Source: an uncultured bacterium (lineage in GTDB: Bacteria; Chloroflexota; UBA5177; JANWHV01). Taken from it: a DNA stretch of 64,000 nt. Positions 54,797 through 64,000 of the stretch are shown piece after piece; within the stretch, counting starts at the first letter, position 1, and each line of letters starts with the position of its first letter. The translations under genes were made by a program, and so were the position numbers. The notes beneath the pieces are model-generated. The model saw only the letters and a list, made by a program, of their open reading frames with translations. It was not told where the DNA came from and did not search any database. The stretch lies in the NCBI GenBank assembly GCA_963827235.1, contig CAWHAE010000012.1:1120001-1184000 (forward strand), written 5' to 3'.

Positions 54797-55297
54797 CTAC
54801 TTGCTGGAGGCGGTCTTCTCAGGGATCTTCGGCCCCTGGATTGCGCCGGCGCTCACCTTGATGGTGTGAGCGCGTGCGTGCTGCGCCTTGGCCAGGCGAA
54901 GGGTCAGCATGCCCCAATCATACGTGGCCTGGGCTCCTTCGGCATCTACCGCCATCGGCAAGCTGAAGGCCTGCTCAAAGTGACCCGCCCCAATACCATT
55001 CCAGATCTGCTCGGCGTTCTCGAAGGACTGACTGGCGCGTTCGCCCTTCAGATAGACCGTGTCGCCCTGGACAGTGACCTGTACCTTGTCCGGGTCGACC
55101 CCCGGCAGCGAGAACTGCGCTATATAGCCGTCAGCGGTCTCATAGAGGTTGGCCGACACCGACAGGTTGGCCCCGACCGTGCCGAGCAACGTGCGTGGGC
55201 TGATGAAGCTATCAGCCACCAGACGGTCCATCGCATCCCGAAGCGAGACCGCGTCCTGCAATGGCTGCCAAACGGCACGAATTGTCATGGTCGTCAT
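54797..55297 (-). CDS. Hsp20/alpha-crystallin small heat-shock protein
   Basis: SLRDAMDRL, NLYET, LPGVDPDKVQVTV, LKGER, F...FSLP..VD...A.Y..G.LTL.L.K, TIKV. Confidence 0.93.
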   Translation of the reverse strand: MTTMTIRAVWQPLQDAVSLRDAMDRLVADSFISPRTLLGTVGANLSVSANLYETADGYIAQFSLPGVDPDKVQVTVQGDTVYLKGERASQSFENAEQIWNGIGAGHFEQAFSLPMAVDAEGAQATYDWGMLTLRLAKAQHARAHTIKVSAGAIQGPKIPEKTASSK

Positions 55298-55378
55298 TCT
55301 TTCCCAACCGTGCGCCCTCGCACGATTGAACCGTACTGCGGGTTCCTTTGTGTGGGAGCATTGCGCCCCCATAAGGTA

Positions 55379-55432
55379 TGTATACCACTTTCTAGTGAAA
55401 ATGTCAAGATCATTGAGTGTAGATATATAAAG
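55379..55432 (-). promoter_or_regulatory. hsp20 promoter with adjacent degenerate HAIR-like site
   Basis: Minus strand TTGACA-N17-TATACA with TG extension; ATTGAGT-N7-TATAAAG at 55412-55432 versus HspR consensus CTTGAGT-N7-ACTCAAG. Confidence 0.5.
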
Positions 55433-55723
55433 TATTGAACCCCGGCACGGCTATGGGCTTGTCTGGTGCAGCGCCGAGCTCGCACAGACTTCCCACTGCG
55501 TGGCGACCGAGTTAGCAGTCATGTATGCAGAATGCTAGCCTTGGTATTCCAGCCCTCGTGAGAGCGTCCTCCCATGGTTCCCGCGGCGGTTCAGCCTCGC
55601 GGGCTGAGCTGCGTCCATTCGCCAGAGGCGGCAGAAGGCACTTTACTATGAATATATTCCAATAAAACAGCACCGGATTGCGCTTGCAGAACGTCAAATT
55701 CATAGAGGATGGTTAGTCTATAC

Positions 55724-55752
55724 TTGACACTGGCCCTTTGGGAGCCCATACT
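55724..55752 (+). promoter_or_regulatory. Shared promoter TTGACA-N17-CATACT (copy 5)
   Basis: ATAGAGGATGGTTAGTCTATAC TTGACA ctggccctttgggagcc CATACT. Confidence 0.78.
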
Positions 55753-55763
55753 GTGGAGTGACG

Positions 55764-55870
55764 GTCACCAGCTCGGGCGCCACACCCGAAGCGATGCAGT
55801 GCCAGTTGGTGCGGATACTGCGCAAGCTAGCCGAGAATCCCGCCAAGCCTATCATCACGATGCATGCCGG
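55764..55870 (+). pseudogene. Remnant of a third SPFH gene (C-terminal segment)
   Basis: VTSSGATPEAMQCQLVRILRKLAENPAKPIITMHA versus VNSSGATPEAMQYQYMQMLPKLAENPANKVFIVPA in the intact copy B. Confidence 0.8.
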
Positions 55871-55960
55871 CAAGCAGCATCGGCCGGGCAGTCGACTGCG
55901 CGTCCCTGCTGACACAGGGTGCCCAGTCGTCGCCGCACCGTCTTCAATAGTGATTGATCC

Positions 55961-57043
55961 GTGAAACGCATGCCTGCGACGCAACTGGAAGGAAGCTACC
56001 TGGTGGGCCTACGGCCTTTGGCACTTCGTCTTGGTTGCGGTGTCGTTCTGGTTGGGCTACTGCTAATCGCGCTGCATACCATCGGATGGAGCCTTGCGCT
56101 GCGTGCGACGATGCGCGTTGGTCCCACGACCTTGGTGCTCGCGCTCGCCATGACTGTACTCTCGATGCTGATCAGCGGCGTGGTCTGGACGCGCGTGCTA
56201 GGCTGCCTCGGCCACCGCGCCGCGGTACAGGTGGGCATGACGCTCTACGCGGGGACCGGCCTTGCCGCGTATCTTGCCTCGGGTGTTGGAGCCGCGGGCG
56301 AGTGCATCGTGCTTCTGCGGCGACATGGCGTCTGTGCCGGCCGCGCCGTGCTGCTGCTGGTTCTTGCCAGCTTGGTCGGCTTCCTTGGCTGCGTGGTCTG
56401 GGTGCCATGCGGCCTGGTGTTGCTGGCCGCTCCCGCGGTGACCCGCGCCCTGCCTGCGCTGGGGACACATGGGCCGCTGGTCGTCATGATTGCGACGGCA
56501 GTCTGTGGGGTGGGGGCGCTGATCACGCTCGCGCTGGTCACGCTGTGCCCTCGTCTGTGCGCACGCTGGCGCGTGGCCCGTCTCCTCGTCGACCCATCTG
56601 GCCCGCCGTTGCGGCTGTCATTGCCCTATCTTCTCGGCCTGATTCCCGTCGCAGCGGTCGGTTGGGTGGTAGGGGCCGTGCCCCTGTGGGTGCTGCTGCG
56701 GACTGCCGCGCCCAGCGCTGGTGTGTCCCTGCTGGCGGCGATCGGCGTGCAGTCGGTGGCAGCGGTGATTGGGAGCGTGACCTTCTTCCTGCCCAACGGG
56801 CTGGGGGCGCGGGATGGGGCGATTGTGGGCCTGCTTGTCACCGTAGCCGGCGTGCCCCTTCCTGCAGCGGCAGCCGTGGCGGTCCTGCTACGCCTCAGCG
56901 ATCCCGTGGCCAAGGCGCTCATCCTGCTGGTTCTCGCCGGACTGCGAAGAGTTCCTCGCCTCTCGCTTTCGTCGCCACGGCTATGGCGCGCGGGCAATGC
57001 CGCTGCGCGCGCCGTGCTTAGCCGGCCGGTGTTAGCACCATAG
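55961..57043 (+). CDS. LPG-synthase TM / flippase-like membrane protein, paralog B
   Basis: WTRVLGCLG, VLLRRHGV, LPNGLGARD, LLRLSD; multi-TM. Confidence 0.78.
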   Translation: MKRMPATQLEGSYLVGLRPLALRLGCGVVLVGLLLIALHTIGWSLALRATMRVGPTTLVLALAMTVLSMLISGVVWTRVLGCLGHRAAVQVGMTLYAGTGLAAYLASGVGAAGECIVLLRRHGVCAGRAVLLLVLASLVGFLGCVVWVPCGLVLLAAPAVTRALPALGTHGPLVVMIATAVCGVGALITLALVTLCPRLCARWRVARLLVDPSGPPLRLSLPYLLGLIPVAAVGWVVGAVPLWVLLRTAAPSAGVSLLAAIGVQSVAAVIGSVTFFLPNGLGARDGAIVGLLVTVAGVPLPAAAAVAVLLRLSDPVAKALILLVLAGLRRVPRLSLSSPRLWRAGNAAARAVLSRPVLAP

Positions 57044-57206
57044 GCCGGGTATGGCAGGCTTACAGGCTGACTGCGGCGTGACAACGTCCCCTGGCGTGTC
57101 ATGTGTCACGGTATTGAGCACGGCCGGCCCGTGCATCGGCGCGCGCACAGACTCCTCAATCTAGACGCAGCCGTCCCGTTATATTGAGAGATAAATCAGC
57201 TTATAC

Positions 57207-57235
57207 TTGACATATTCGGGCCCAGAGCGCATACT
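57207..57235 (+). promoter_or_regulatory. Shared promoter TTGACA-N17-CATACT (copy 6)
   Basis: GAGATAAATCAGCTTATAC TTGACA tattcgggcccagagcg CATACT. Confidence 0.78.
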
Positions 57236-57568
57236 CAAGGTGGGTGAGCAGCTCCTCCAGCGCTCCTCGCCGCAATGAGCACCGTGAGGGTGCGCGGGAG
57301 CTGTCCGGCGCCCTTCACTAGCCCGCCTCATTCCAGCTCGTGGTGCGGTGACGGAGCGGGCCACGCAGGCTCCCGGTTTCCACCGGGCGCATTGATCGGC
57401 CAGCGACGTGCACACCAACCGGCCCCCAGCAATGCAGTGTCTCGTCATGCCCAGCAGGGACGGGCCTCATCGGGACAAGCCGGGGCAACCCAGAGAGGAC
57501 GAAACGCAGCCGCGTTCACACGGAGGCAAGTCCCAAGGCGGCATACAGCGTAGAGAGAACGGTACAGC

Positions 57569-57961
57569 ATGAACGAGCGCGTCTTGATTCGCGGGGACCG
57601 CGAGTACCCGAACATGGACGATGTGGAGCACTATGTGGCCGCGCTGGCCCCCGACACAATCGTCGTGGACGGCGAAGCGCACGGTCTGGACCAGCTGGTA
57701 GGGCAGGCGGCGCAGCGGCGCGGACTGGCCGTGGAGCGCTTTCGCACTGACTGGAGCAGCGGCACACGCGCCGGCAACGCCTCCAGCGACGAGATGGTGG
57801 CGCGCGCCGACCGCGTCGTCGTTTTCCGTGCCGGCGGCTCATCCGGTACTCTGCACACGATCCGGGAGGCGGTTCGCGCAGGCAAGCCCACACTCGTGTT
57901 TTCCGCGGAGTGGGGTCCTTACCCGGAAGGGATCGCCGGCGTAGAATACTCCGGTGCCTGA
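57569..57961 (+). CDS. SLOG superfamily (YspA/DUF2493-like) protein
   Basis: RVLIRGDR, IVVDGEAHGLD, ERFRTDW, EMVARADRVVVF...SGT..TI..A..AGKP. Confidence 0.7.
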   Translation: MNERVLIRGDREYPNMDDVEHYVAALAPDTIVVDGEAHGLDQLVGQAAQRRGLAVERFRTDWSSGTRAGNASSDEMVARADRVVVFRAGGSSGTLHTIREAVRAGKPTLVFSAEWGPYPEGIAGVEYSGA

Positions 57962-58093
57962 CCGATCACGCTCGTGCTGTGCAGCCAACGGTGACCATGC
58001 GGATCCGCGGGCTGCACAGCACGAGCATGGCCTCCTGCAGTCGCCGTGGAAAGCCGTGCCTGCCGAGCACGCTCCGCATGCCGGAGAGCTGCG

Positions 58094-58366
58094 CTATGCT
58101 TCGAGGCGACGCTTCAGCCCATCAGCCAGCTCGAGCAGGTGTGTCTCGTATTGCTCGACGCCGGCGAGGTACTGCTCGACACCTTTCATGGCACTCTCCA
58201 GTGTCGCCCCGAACTCCTCGTACTTGGCGTCCCGCCAGACGCCGCTCTGGCTCTGCCAGTGTTCCCGCATGCTGAAGAACTCATCTCGAATCGTGCGGTC
58301 AAAGTTCACGAGGTGGCACCGGAGCTCGATCACGGAGCTCACGTCGGCCGCTATGCTGCTGCTCAT
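58094..58366 (-). CDS. WXG100-like helical-hairpin protein (W-x-D variant)
   Basis: 90 aa, two amphipathic helices around central GVWRDAKYEEF; RBS GAGG. Confidence 0.6.
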   Translation of the reverse strand: MSSSIAADVSSVIELRCHLVNFDRTIRDEFFSMREHWQSQSGVWRDAKYEEFGATLESAMKGVEQYLAGVEQYETHLLELADGLKRRLEA

Positions 58367-58554
58367 CTGATACCTCGCACTGCACTACCGACAGACCGAC
58401 ACGGCGGCCGCTCAGGTGACACATCCCTGCCTGGAGCAGGCCTGGCTGGGAGACCATGCAACATCCCTTCGCCGCGGTGACACAGAGACCGCCGGTGAGG
58501 TGCCACCGCGGATAAGCCGCCGAATATGACCTCCCAGGCGGCCCATACCTGCGG

Positions 58555-59550
58555 TTACCCGACGGGGGCGGCTACGACGCGGGTAGCTCCACCACCATTC
58601 CTGGCCTGGCTGGAGGCATCGACTCCGTGCTCAGCCAGGCTCATGCTGCCGTTTGCGACCTGGGCCATCGACCCCGCGAGCCCGGCCAGGCCCGCCATGT
58701 CCGCCGGCACGATAAACACCTTGTTCGCCGGATTCTCGGCCAGCTTCGGTAGCATCTGCATGTACTGGTACTGCATCGCCTCCGGAGTGGCACCCGAGGA
58801 GTTGACGGCCTCGAACACCATGTGCACGGCTTCCGCCTGCGCCTTCTGCACGGTGAGCAGGGCCTGGGCATCTCCCTGAGCGCGCAAGATCGCCGCCTGT
58901 CGCTGGCCTTCGCTGGCAATCACCAGGGCTTTCTGTGCGCCGTCCGCCCGCAAGATCGCCGCCTGCGCCTCGCCTTCCGCGGTCAGGATCGTGGCCCGCT
59001 TGTTCCGCTCCGCCTGCATCTGCTTTTCCATCGCCAGCTGGATGTCCTTGGGCGGGCTGATATCCTTGAGCTCCACGCGCGTGATCCGCACGCCCCACTT
59101 CTCGGTCACTTCGTCGAGCACGAGGCGCAGCTGGGAATTGACCTCGTCGCGACTGGTCAAACTCCGGTCCAGCGACAGGCTGCCCATCACGTTCCGCAAC
59201 GTCGTTTGGGCGATCTGCTCCATCGCCTGCAGCAAGTTGGCGACCTGGTAGCTCGCGTCCTTCGCATCGTGGATCTGATAGTAGACCACCGTGGTCACAT
59301 TGATCGTCACATTGTCCGCGGTGATCACCGGCTGCGGTGGGAAGTTGACCACCTGCTCGCGCATGTCCAGCAACGGCAGCATCTTGTCGATGAAGGGCAG
59401 TACCACGATCAGTCCGCTCTCGGAGGCACTGTGAAAGGCCCCAAGGCGTTGCACGACACCGATCCGCGCTTGCGGGATGATACGGAACGTTCGGGCCAAC
59501 AAGCCCACAAACACGACAACGACGATGGCCAGGGCGATTTCTACTCCCAT
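58555..59550 (-). CDS. SPFH/Band 7 protein, copy B
   Basis: Nearly identical to copy A over about 290 aa; different C-terminal tail. Confidence 0.95.
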   Translation of the reverse strand: MGVEIALAIVVVVFVGLLARTFRIIPQARIGVVQRLGAFHSASESGLIVVLPFIDKMLPLLDMREQVVNFPPQPVITADNVTINVTTVVYYQIHDAKDASYQVANLLQAMEQIAQTTLRNVMGSLSLDRSLTSRDEVNSQLRLVLDEVTEKWGVRITRVELKDISPPKDIQLAMEKQMQAERNKRATILTAEGEAQAAILRADGAQKALVIASEGQRQAAILRAQGDAQALLTVQKAQAEAVHMVFEAVNSSGATPEAMQYQYMQMLPKLAENPANKVFIVPADMAGLAGLAGSMAQVANGSMSLAEHGVDASSQARNGGGATRVVAAPVG

Positions 59551-59647
59551 GGCACCAGTCCTTTCCTGACATGCGCAGGCAGCCGGCGCTCGGCCGCGTA
59601 GCGCGTCGCGCACAGCACGACACTCGGCAACTCGGCCGCCTGCTGCC

Positions 59648-59676
59648 AGTATGGGCGGGTTGGACCCTCGTGTCAA
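59648..59676 (-). promoter_or_regulatory. Shared promoter TTGACA-N17-CATACT (copy 7)
   Basis: Minus strand GAGCTTCTTAGCGATATAT TTGACA cgagggtccaacccgcc CATACT. Confidence 0.78.
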
Positions 59677-59852
59677 ATATATCGCTAAGAAGCTCCGTCG
59701 ATACCCCGCACGATCTGCGACAATGGGGATAACAGATTCAGCAAATTCACAGCACTGCACTCTTTGAACGGTGGCCGGTGAGACCGCACTGTCCACCGGC
59801 ACGTTCTCGAACCGCCGGTAGCTGTAGCTCGACGTGCGCGCCACGCTCGCGA

Positions 59853-60377
59853 TCACGCGGTGAGGACGTCGGTGAGCTGCGTGGCGCTCAACTGGTTATC
59901 ACTCAACGACTCCATGCGCTTGAACGCGCTGAACATCCGCCGGTTCAAATCCAGCGACGGTGTGTGGGAATCCAGATCGCGCCCTTTGAGGTAGGCGCCC
60001 CTGGCCATGTAGTCGGCAAAGAAGCGGGCGATGCTCAAGTGCTTGTCCTCGCTGCTCCCGTCGAAGCCTGGAAACCTGACCTCAGCAAGACCCGTTACCT
60101 GCTTGACGTACTCCTGGTCTTCAGGTTTGAGCTCGACGTACGACTGCTCCAGTCTGTCCCACATGCCGAGGACGTTGGCTACCTCATCGACCTCATGGGG
60201 CTGATCATGCTCGCCTTTCAGCCGGAGGTGCGTGTATTCCCACGCCAAGGCCCAGGTGTTGCCCGTCTGCAGTGCGCCTCGCACAAGCCGTGGGTCGATG
60301 TCCCCCTTGATATTCAGATGCTGATAGATGTCGGTGAGCATTGCCAGCGTCAGCTTTTCGCCATTACTCAGCTTCAT
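59853..60377 (-). CDS. YfbU family protein
   Basis: MKLSNGEKL..ML..IY, V..VL.MW..LE.SY, FPGFDG..E, DLDSH.P; RBS AGGAAAGGA. Confidence 0.85.
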   Translation of the reverse strand: MKLSNGEKLTLAMLTDIYQHLNIKGDIDPRLVRGALQTGNTWALAWEYTHLRLKGEHDQPHEVDEVANVLGMWDRLEQSYVELKPEDQEYVKQVTGLAEVRFPGFDGSSEDKHLSIARFFADYMARGAYLKGRDLDSHTPSLDLNRRMFSAFKRMESLSDNQLSATQLTDVLTA

Positions 60378-60440
60378 GGTCGATCCTTTCCTCCTGCGAG
60401 TGCTATGCTCTCTGGCCCATGGCAGCCGCCGGCTGTGCAC

Positions 60441-60470
60441 CGCCACCCGGCAGCCGGCTGCCGGGTGGCG
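60441..60470. terminator. Perfect 30-bp palindrome, probable terminator
   Basis: CGCCACCCGGCAGCC|GGCTGCCGGGTGGCG, 17 bp downstream of the stop at 60488. Confidence 0.7.
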
Positions 60471-60487
60471 CTTTGACACAGGTACGT

Positions 60488-62197
60488 CTAGTACGCGGGG
60501 TTGCCCACGTCCTCTGTGGCCGAGAGGCTATCGGACGAGAGGCCAACCGCGTAGGCGATGAATCCACCGCCGCTGCCGGCAGCAAGCTTGAACTCGGCGC
60601 CCAGGGCGCCGGGCGGAATACTCACCTGCGTATCTTGCTCCACGTCGATCACCTGGATACCACCGGCTGGCACGGTGTAGGTCGCCGAGGGGTTGGCGCT
60701 GTTGCCACCGAAATAGGTGGCGAGGACTTGAATGGCCGTACTTCCGGGATTATAGAGGTACACGTTTCGGTTCAGGGCCGCGTTGTTGTCCGGCAATGTG
60801 GTGGACAGGTCGGTGAGGAATACGTCGGCCGCGGCGGCAGCCTGTGCCGGAAAGGCCAGGCCCGGATGCTGACCGATATTGGGGGATCCGCCAAAGTACT
60901 GCGCGGACTCCGCCTCGATAGGGCCGGTTGCCGTCAGCGAGACGCTGAACACGGGCACCGTACCGGCACCCAGGAAGTTGTTGGCGATGATCGTCTGCCG
61001 GGTACCCGGGCTGACGCTCACCGTGGCGGACGTGCCGACCGGATGACCGCCGGCATCGGAAAACGATGCAGTCACCTGCACTGGGTTGCCGCTCGAGCTG
61101 GGGTTCAACAGGGTGATGAAGTCCTGATTGCCGGTGGGCCCGGCGCCGCCGGAACTGCCGAACGCAAAGCGCAGCGCGGTAGCGGGCGCTCCGATGCCGC
61201 TGCTGACCGTAGAGCCGAACTTGCCCGAACCCACGCCATCGCCGAAGTAGATGACCCGCTCAGGCACGATCGGCTGGTCGCTGCTAATCAGCATGCCGAC
61301 CGATTTGGCAGGATTCGCCAGGTTGAGACTGCGGATGTTGGCTGTGATTCTGCTTAGCGCCGGTACCGTCAGTGACAGGGTGCGGGCACCTGCCGCGCTG
61401 GCCGCCTGCGGCGCCAGCAAGACCGTCACATTCGCCGCTGTGCTGGAGGGGTTAAGTACCGTCAGGTACTCCTGGAAGGTGACCCCTGTGTAGCCTTCTG
61501 GGAAGCCCCACGAGGTGGCCGGGGCGCGTACCGGTAGGGTGGTGCTGCTGTCCAGCCGAGCGCCAGTGGGGGACAGACGGCTCATCGTACGCGTGACATA
61601 GATACGCTCGGGGGAGGTGACCACGGCGGCGACGAGCTTGTCGGCGCCGACGTCCGCGTTCACGGACTCGCGCAGGACCGACGTGCGCGCAACGCTACGC
61701 GTGACTACCACCGGCGCCGTGGCGCCCTGAATGTAGTAGGTCATGGTAACGTTTGCGACGCTCGGGCTGGGATTCAGCACGTTGAGCACCTCGGTGAATG
61801 TTGCGCGCCCGTTCGTCGCCGCCAGGCCCGTGTAGCCCTCGGCGAAATAGTCGATGGTGCCGCCCGGCACGGTCATTGGGGTCGCGGTCGCCGTGGCGGC
61901 AGCGGTGGCCGTCGCCGTACCGGTATGTGTAGCCGTGGCGGTGCCGGTCGGCGCTGCGACCGTAGCGGTAGCCGTGGCCGTTGGCGTGGTCGTGCCGGTC
62001 CGGGTAGCCGTTGGTGTGGTCGTGGCAGTTAGGGTGGCCGTTGCGGTGTACGTGGCTGTCGGGGTTGCGGTGGTCGCAACATTCGAGCGTGCCGCCTGGA
62101 CCGTGGAGGCCTGGCCACCTGACAGGAGTCCAGACCACGAGATCGGCACTGCAATCAGTGCCGCCAATATGAAGAGCTGAATACGATGCGTTCGCAT
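60488..62197 (-). CDS. Secreted protein with Thr/Ala-rich linker and repeated FAEGYT/VLNP beta-sandwich domains (DUF5719-like)
   Basis: Signal peptide; TATPTAT repeats; YFAEGYT..VLNP, FPEGYT..YLTVLNP, ITLLNP and YLYNP modules. Confidence 0.8.
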   Translation of the reverse strand: MRTHRIQLFILAALIAVPISWSGLLSGGQASTVQAARSNVATTATPTATYTATATLTATTTPTATRTGTTTPTATATATVAAPTGTATATHTGTATATAAATATATPMTVPGGTIDYFAEGYTGLAATNGRATFTEVLNVLNPSPSVANVTMTYYIQGATAPVVVTRSVARTSVLRESVNADVGADKLVAAVVTSPERIYVTRTMSRLSPTGARLDSSTTLPVRAPATSWGFPEGYTGVTFQEYLTVLNPSSTAANVTVLLAPQAASAAGARTLSLTVPALSRITANIRSLNLANPAKSVGMLISSDQPIVPERVIYFGDGVGSGKFGSTVSSGIGAPATALRFAFGSSGGAGPTGNQDFITLLNPSSSGNPVQVTASFSDAGGHPVGTSATVSVSPGTRQTIIANNFLGAGTVPVFSVSLTATGPIEAESAQYFGGSPNIGQHPGLAFPAQAAAAADVFLTDLSTTLPDNNAALNRNVYLYNPGSTAIQVLATYFGGNSANPSATYTVPAGGIQVIDVEQDTQVSIPPGALGAEFKLAAGSGGGFIAYAVGLSSDSLSATEDVGNPAY

Positions 62198-62285
62198 AGC
62201 CTCAATCCTTTTCTTTGGTCGATTTCGGCCGGCCATGGCTCGGACCATCGTGCGCGATGTTTCCGAAAACGAACCAGAGGCCGCA

Positions 62286-62317
62286 GGCCCCCACCCTCCT
62301 CAACGAAGGTGGGGGCC
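62286..62317 (-). terminator. Hairpin, probable terminator
   Basis: GGCCCCCACC...GGTGGGGGCC stem after the stop at 62336. Confidence 0.55.
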
Positions 62318-62335
62318 CTTGGCACCACCTGGCTG

Positions 62336-64000
62336 TCAGTCGATGGTGATGGTGACCTGGGCGTGACGACCGCTTTGGGCGCCGGTCGCCAGCAACGTTG
62401 CCTTTCCCCTGTGGGCACTGAACCCAAGGCGGAAACTCGTGCGGCCGAAGTTGCCATGGCTGTCGGCCCTGGCAGTCTGCACCACCTGCCCATTCAAGCG
62501 GAGCAAGACGGTCTCGCCCGCTTTGAAGCCATGCCCAGACACGGTGATGGTGCTATTGCGCTGCACAATGGAGTGCAGGACCGAGATGCCCGTGCTTGGC
62601 GGCGTGACGGTGACGTGTACGTTCACCGAAGCGGATCGCCCGCTGCGTGCTCCGGTGGCGGTTACCGTGAAGGTGCCATAGGGGCTGTTCACAGGCACCT
62701 GGAAGGTGGCTTTATTGTAGTCGCCATGACTATCGACCGTGGCTGCCTGCACCACGGCACCGCGGAAGCGAATCAGGACGATTTCCCCGGCCTGGTAGCC
62801 TGTACCGGAAACGGTGACCTTGCTGCCGCGGTGCAAACTCGTCGACGACAGCTTGAGATGCGCCGCCGCGGGTGACGCCGGCGTGATCTGCAGGGCTTCT
62901 CTGGCGCTGCGGCCACTGCGCGATCCGGTAATCACGACATAGGTGTTGCCATAGGCGGCAGTACCCGGCACCGTGAAGCCGGCATTGGCGAAGCGGCCAC
63001 TGCCGTCTGTCGTGGTCGCCTGCACGAGCGTATTGCCGAAGCGGATGAGCACCACCTCGCGGGCCAGGAAGTTGTAGCCGCTCACCCGAACGACGCTGCC
63101 ACGATGCGCGCTCTTCGGTGTGAGGCCAATGCCTGCGATCACGGGCTGGACCACGTGCAGGGTGGTGGAGGCAACCCGGCGGCTGCTCGCGCCGGTGACA
63201 GTGAGGCTGTAGGTGCCCGGGCCGGCGTTGATGGGCAGCGATCTGCTAAATGACCCAGACCCATCGGCGTTGAAGCTCAGCACCAGACTGTTGTTGAGGC
63301 GCAGCCACATCTGCTCACCGGCGGTGAAGCCAGAGCCGCTCAGCGTGACGCGCCCGCCCGGCACAATGGTCGAGGGGTTGGCGTACAGCTTTGGCGACAC
63401 GAGTGCCGGCTTCGCGTAGACGGTCAGCACGGCAGTAGCCCCGCGGCCGCTGGTGGCGCCGACTGCCATCACCTTGTACTGGCCTGGTCCGAGGGTGTCC
63501 GGCACGATGAAGCTGCCGTTGGTGAAGGAGCCGGCAGCACCGGCGGTCAGGTTCTGCACCAATACGTTATTCAGGCTCACCAGCACGGTCTCGCCGGACT
63601 GGTACCCCGTGCCGGCCACCAGTACCTGTGAGCCGGGCATGGCCCTGAGTGGGCTGATGGCGATACCGGCCACGGGAATGGGTTGCGGCGCGACGACGAT
63701 CAGCCCGGTGCCTGCCGAGCGTTGCGTGGTCGCTCCGGTAGCGGTGATGCGATAGGTGCCCGAGGCGGTGCCGGACGGCACGGTAAGGAGCACGCCGGCG
63801 AAGTTGCCGGCAGGGTTCGCACTGATGCCGCTTTCCAGGGCGCCGTTGAATCGGATCAACACCGTTTCACCGGGCGCGAAGCCACTGCCGCTGATCACCA
63901 CCTGCGAGCCAGGGCTGGTCACCGCAGTGCTGACGATCACCACGGGGGCAGCCGGGGTCGGCGTGGGCGTCGCAACCTGCGGCGCGGCCACGCTGACTTG
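62336..64000 (-). CDS. Surface protein with at least 6 tandem ~90-aa Ig-like (IPT/TIG-like) repeats, 5'-truncated by window edge
   Basis: Six repeats of G..V.VSG.GF.AGE.VL.R.....VQ...AD..G.F....F.VP.....G...V.ATGA.SGR. Confidence 0.85.
   Translation of the reverse strand, partial: QVSVAAPQVATPTPTPAAPVVIVSTAVTSPGSQVVISGSGFAPGETVLIRFNGALESGISANPAGNFAGVLLTVPSGTASGTYRITATGATTQRSAGTGLIVVAPQPIPVAGIAISPLRAMPGSQVLVAGTGYQSGETVLVSLNNVLVQNLTAGAAGSFTNGSFIVPDTLGPGQYKVMAVGATSGRGATAVLTVYAKPALVSPKLYANPSTIVPGGRVTLSGSGFTAGEQMWLRLNNSLVLSFNADGSGSFSRSLPINAGPGTYSLTVTGASSRRVASTTLHVVQPVIAGIGLTPKSAHRGSVVRVSGYNFLAREVVLIRFGNTLVQATTTDGSGRFANAGFTVPGTAAYGNTYVVITGSRSGRSAREALQITPASPAAAHLKLSSTSLHRGSKVTVSGTGYQAGEIVLIRFRGAVVQAATVDSHGDYNKATFQVPVNSPYGTFTVTATGARSGRSASVNVHVTVTPPSTGISVLHSIVQRNSTITVSGHGFKAGETVLLRLNGQVVQTARADSHGNFGRTSFRLGFSAHRGKATLLATGAQSGRHAQVTITID

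Noticed and set aside
61880-62080. Thr/Ala tandem repeat as a special DNA element
   Set aside because: It is an ordinary low-complexity linker in a secreted protein.

Overview
GC-rich bacterial chromosomal DNA, probably Chloroflexota (inferred from GroEL and ClpP-fragment sequence style, F420 PPOX genes and surface-protein types). I found no rRNA, tRNA, CRISPR array, integrase or intact transposase. 1-31 kb is mostly ordinary: a Ser/Thr kinase-AAA-GAF-PAS-His kinase, oxidoreductases, transporters, a large beta-helix surface protein and a treY/treZ-remnant/GH13 cluster. It also holds small relics (PIN toxin, clpP, internally deleted treZ, an IS200/IS605-like hairpin mini-element). About 31.4-60.4 kb is a distinct block with AT-rich intergenic spacers and membrane-stress/proteostasis genes: two near-identical inverted SPFH genes plus a third remnant, a PspA-PspAA fusion, FtsH, Hsp20, CIRCE-controlled groES-groEL, Csp, two GT4 glycosyltransferases, two LPG-synthase-TM/flippase-like proteins, an APC permease, hemolysin-III, SLOG, an orphan WXG100-like protein and YfbU. 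The most striking signal is non-coding. Seven exact copies of TTGACA-N17-CATACT, plus two variants, lie in front of genes of this block. Most share an additional ~27-bp AT-rich upstream element, and I saw none elsewhere in the window. This suggests a co-regulated, possibly undescribed membrane-stress regulon. 60.5-64 kb holds two secreted Ig-like repeat proteins. Several single-base frameshifts (groEL, ABC binding protein) look like consensus errors.
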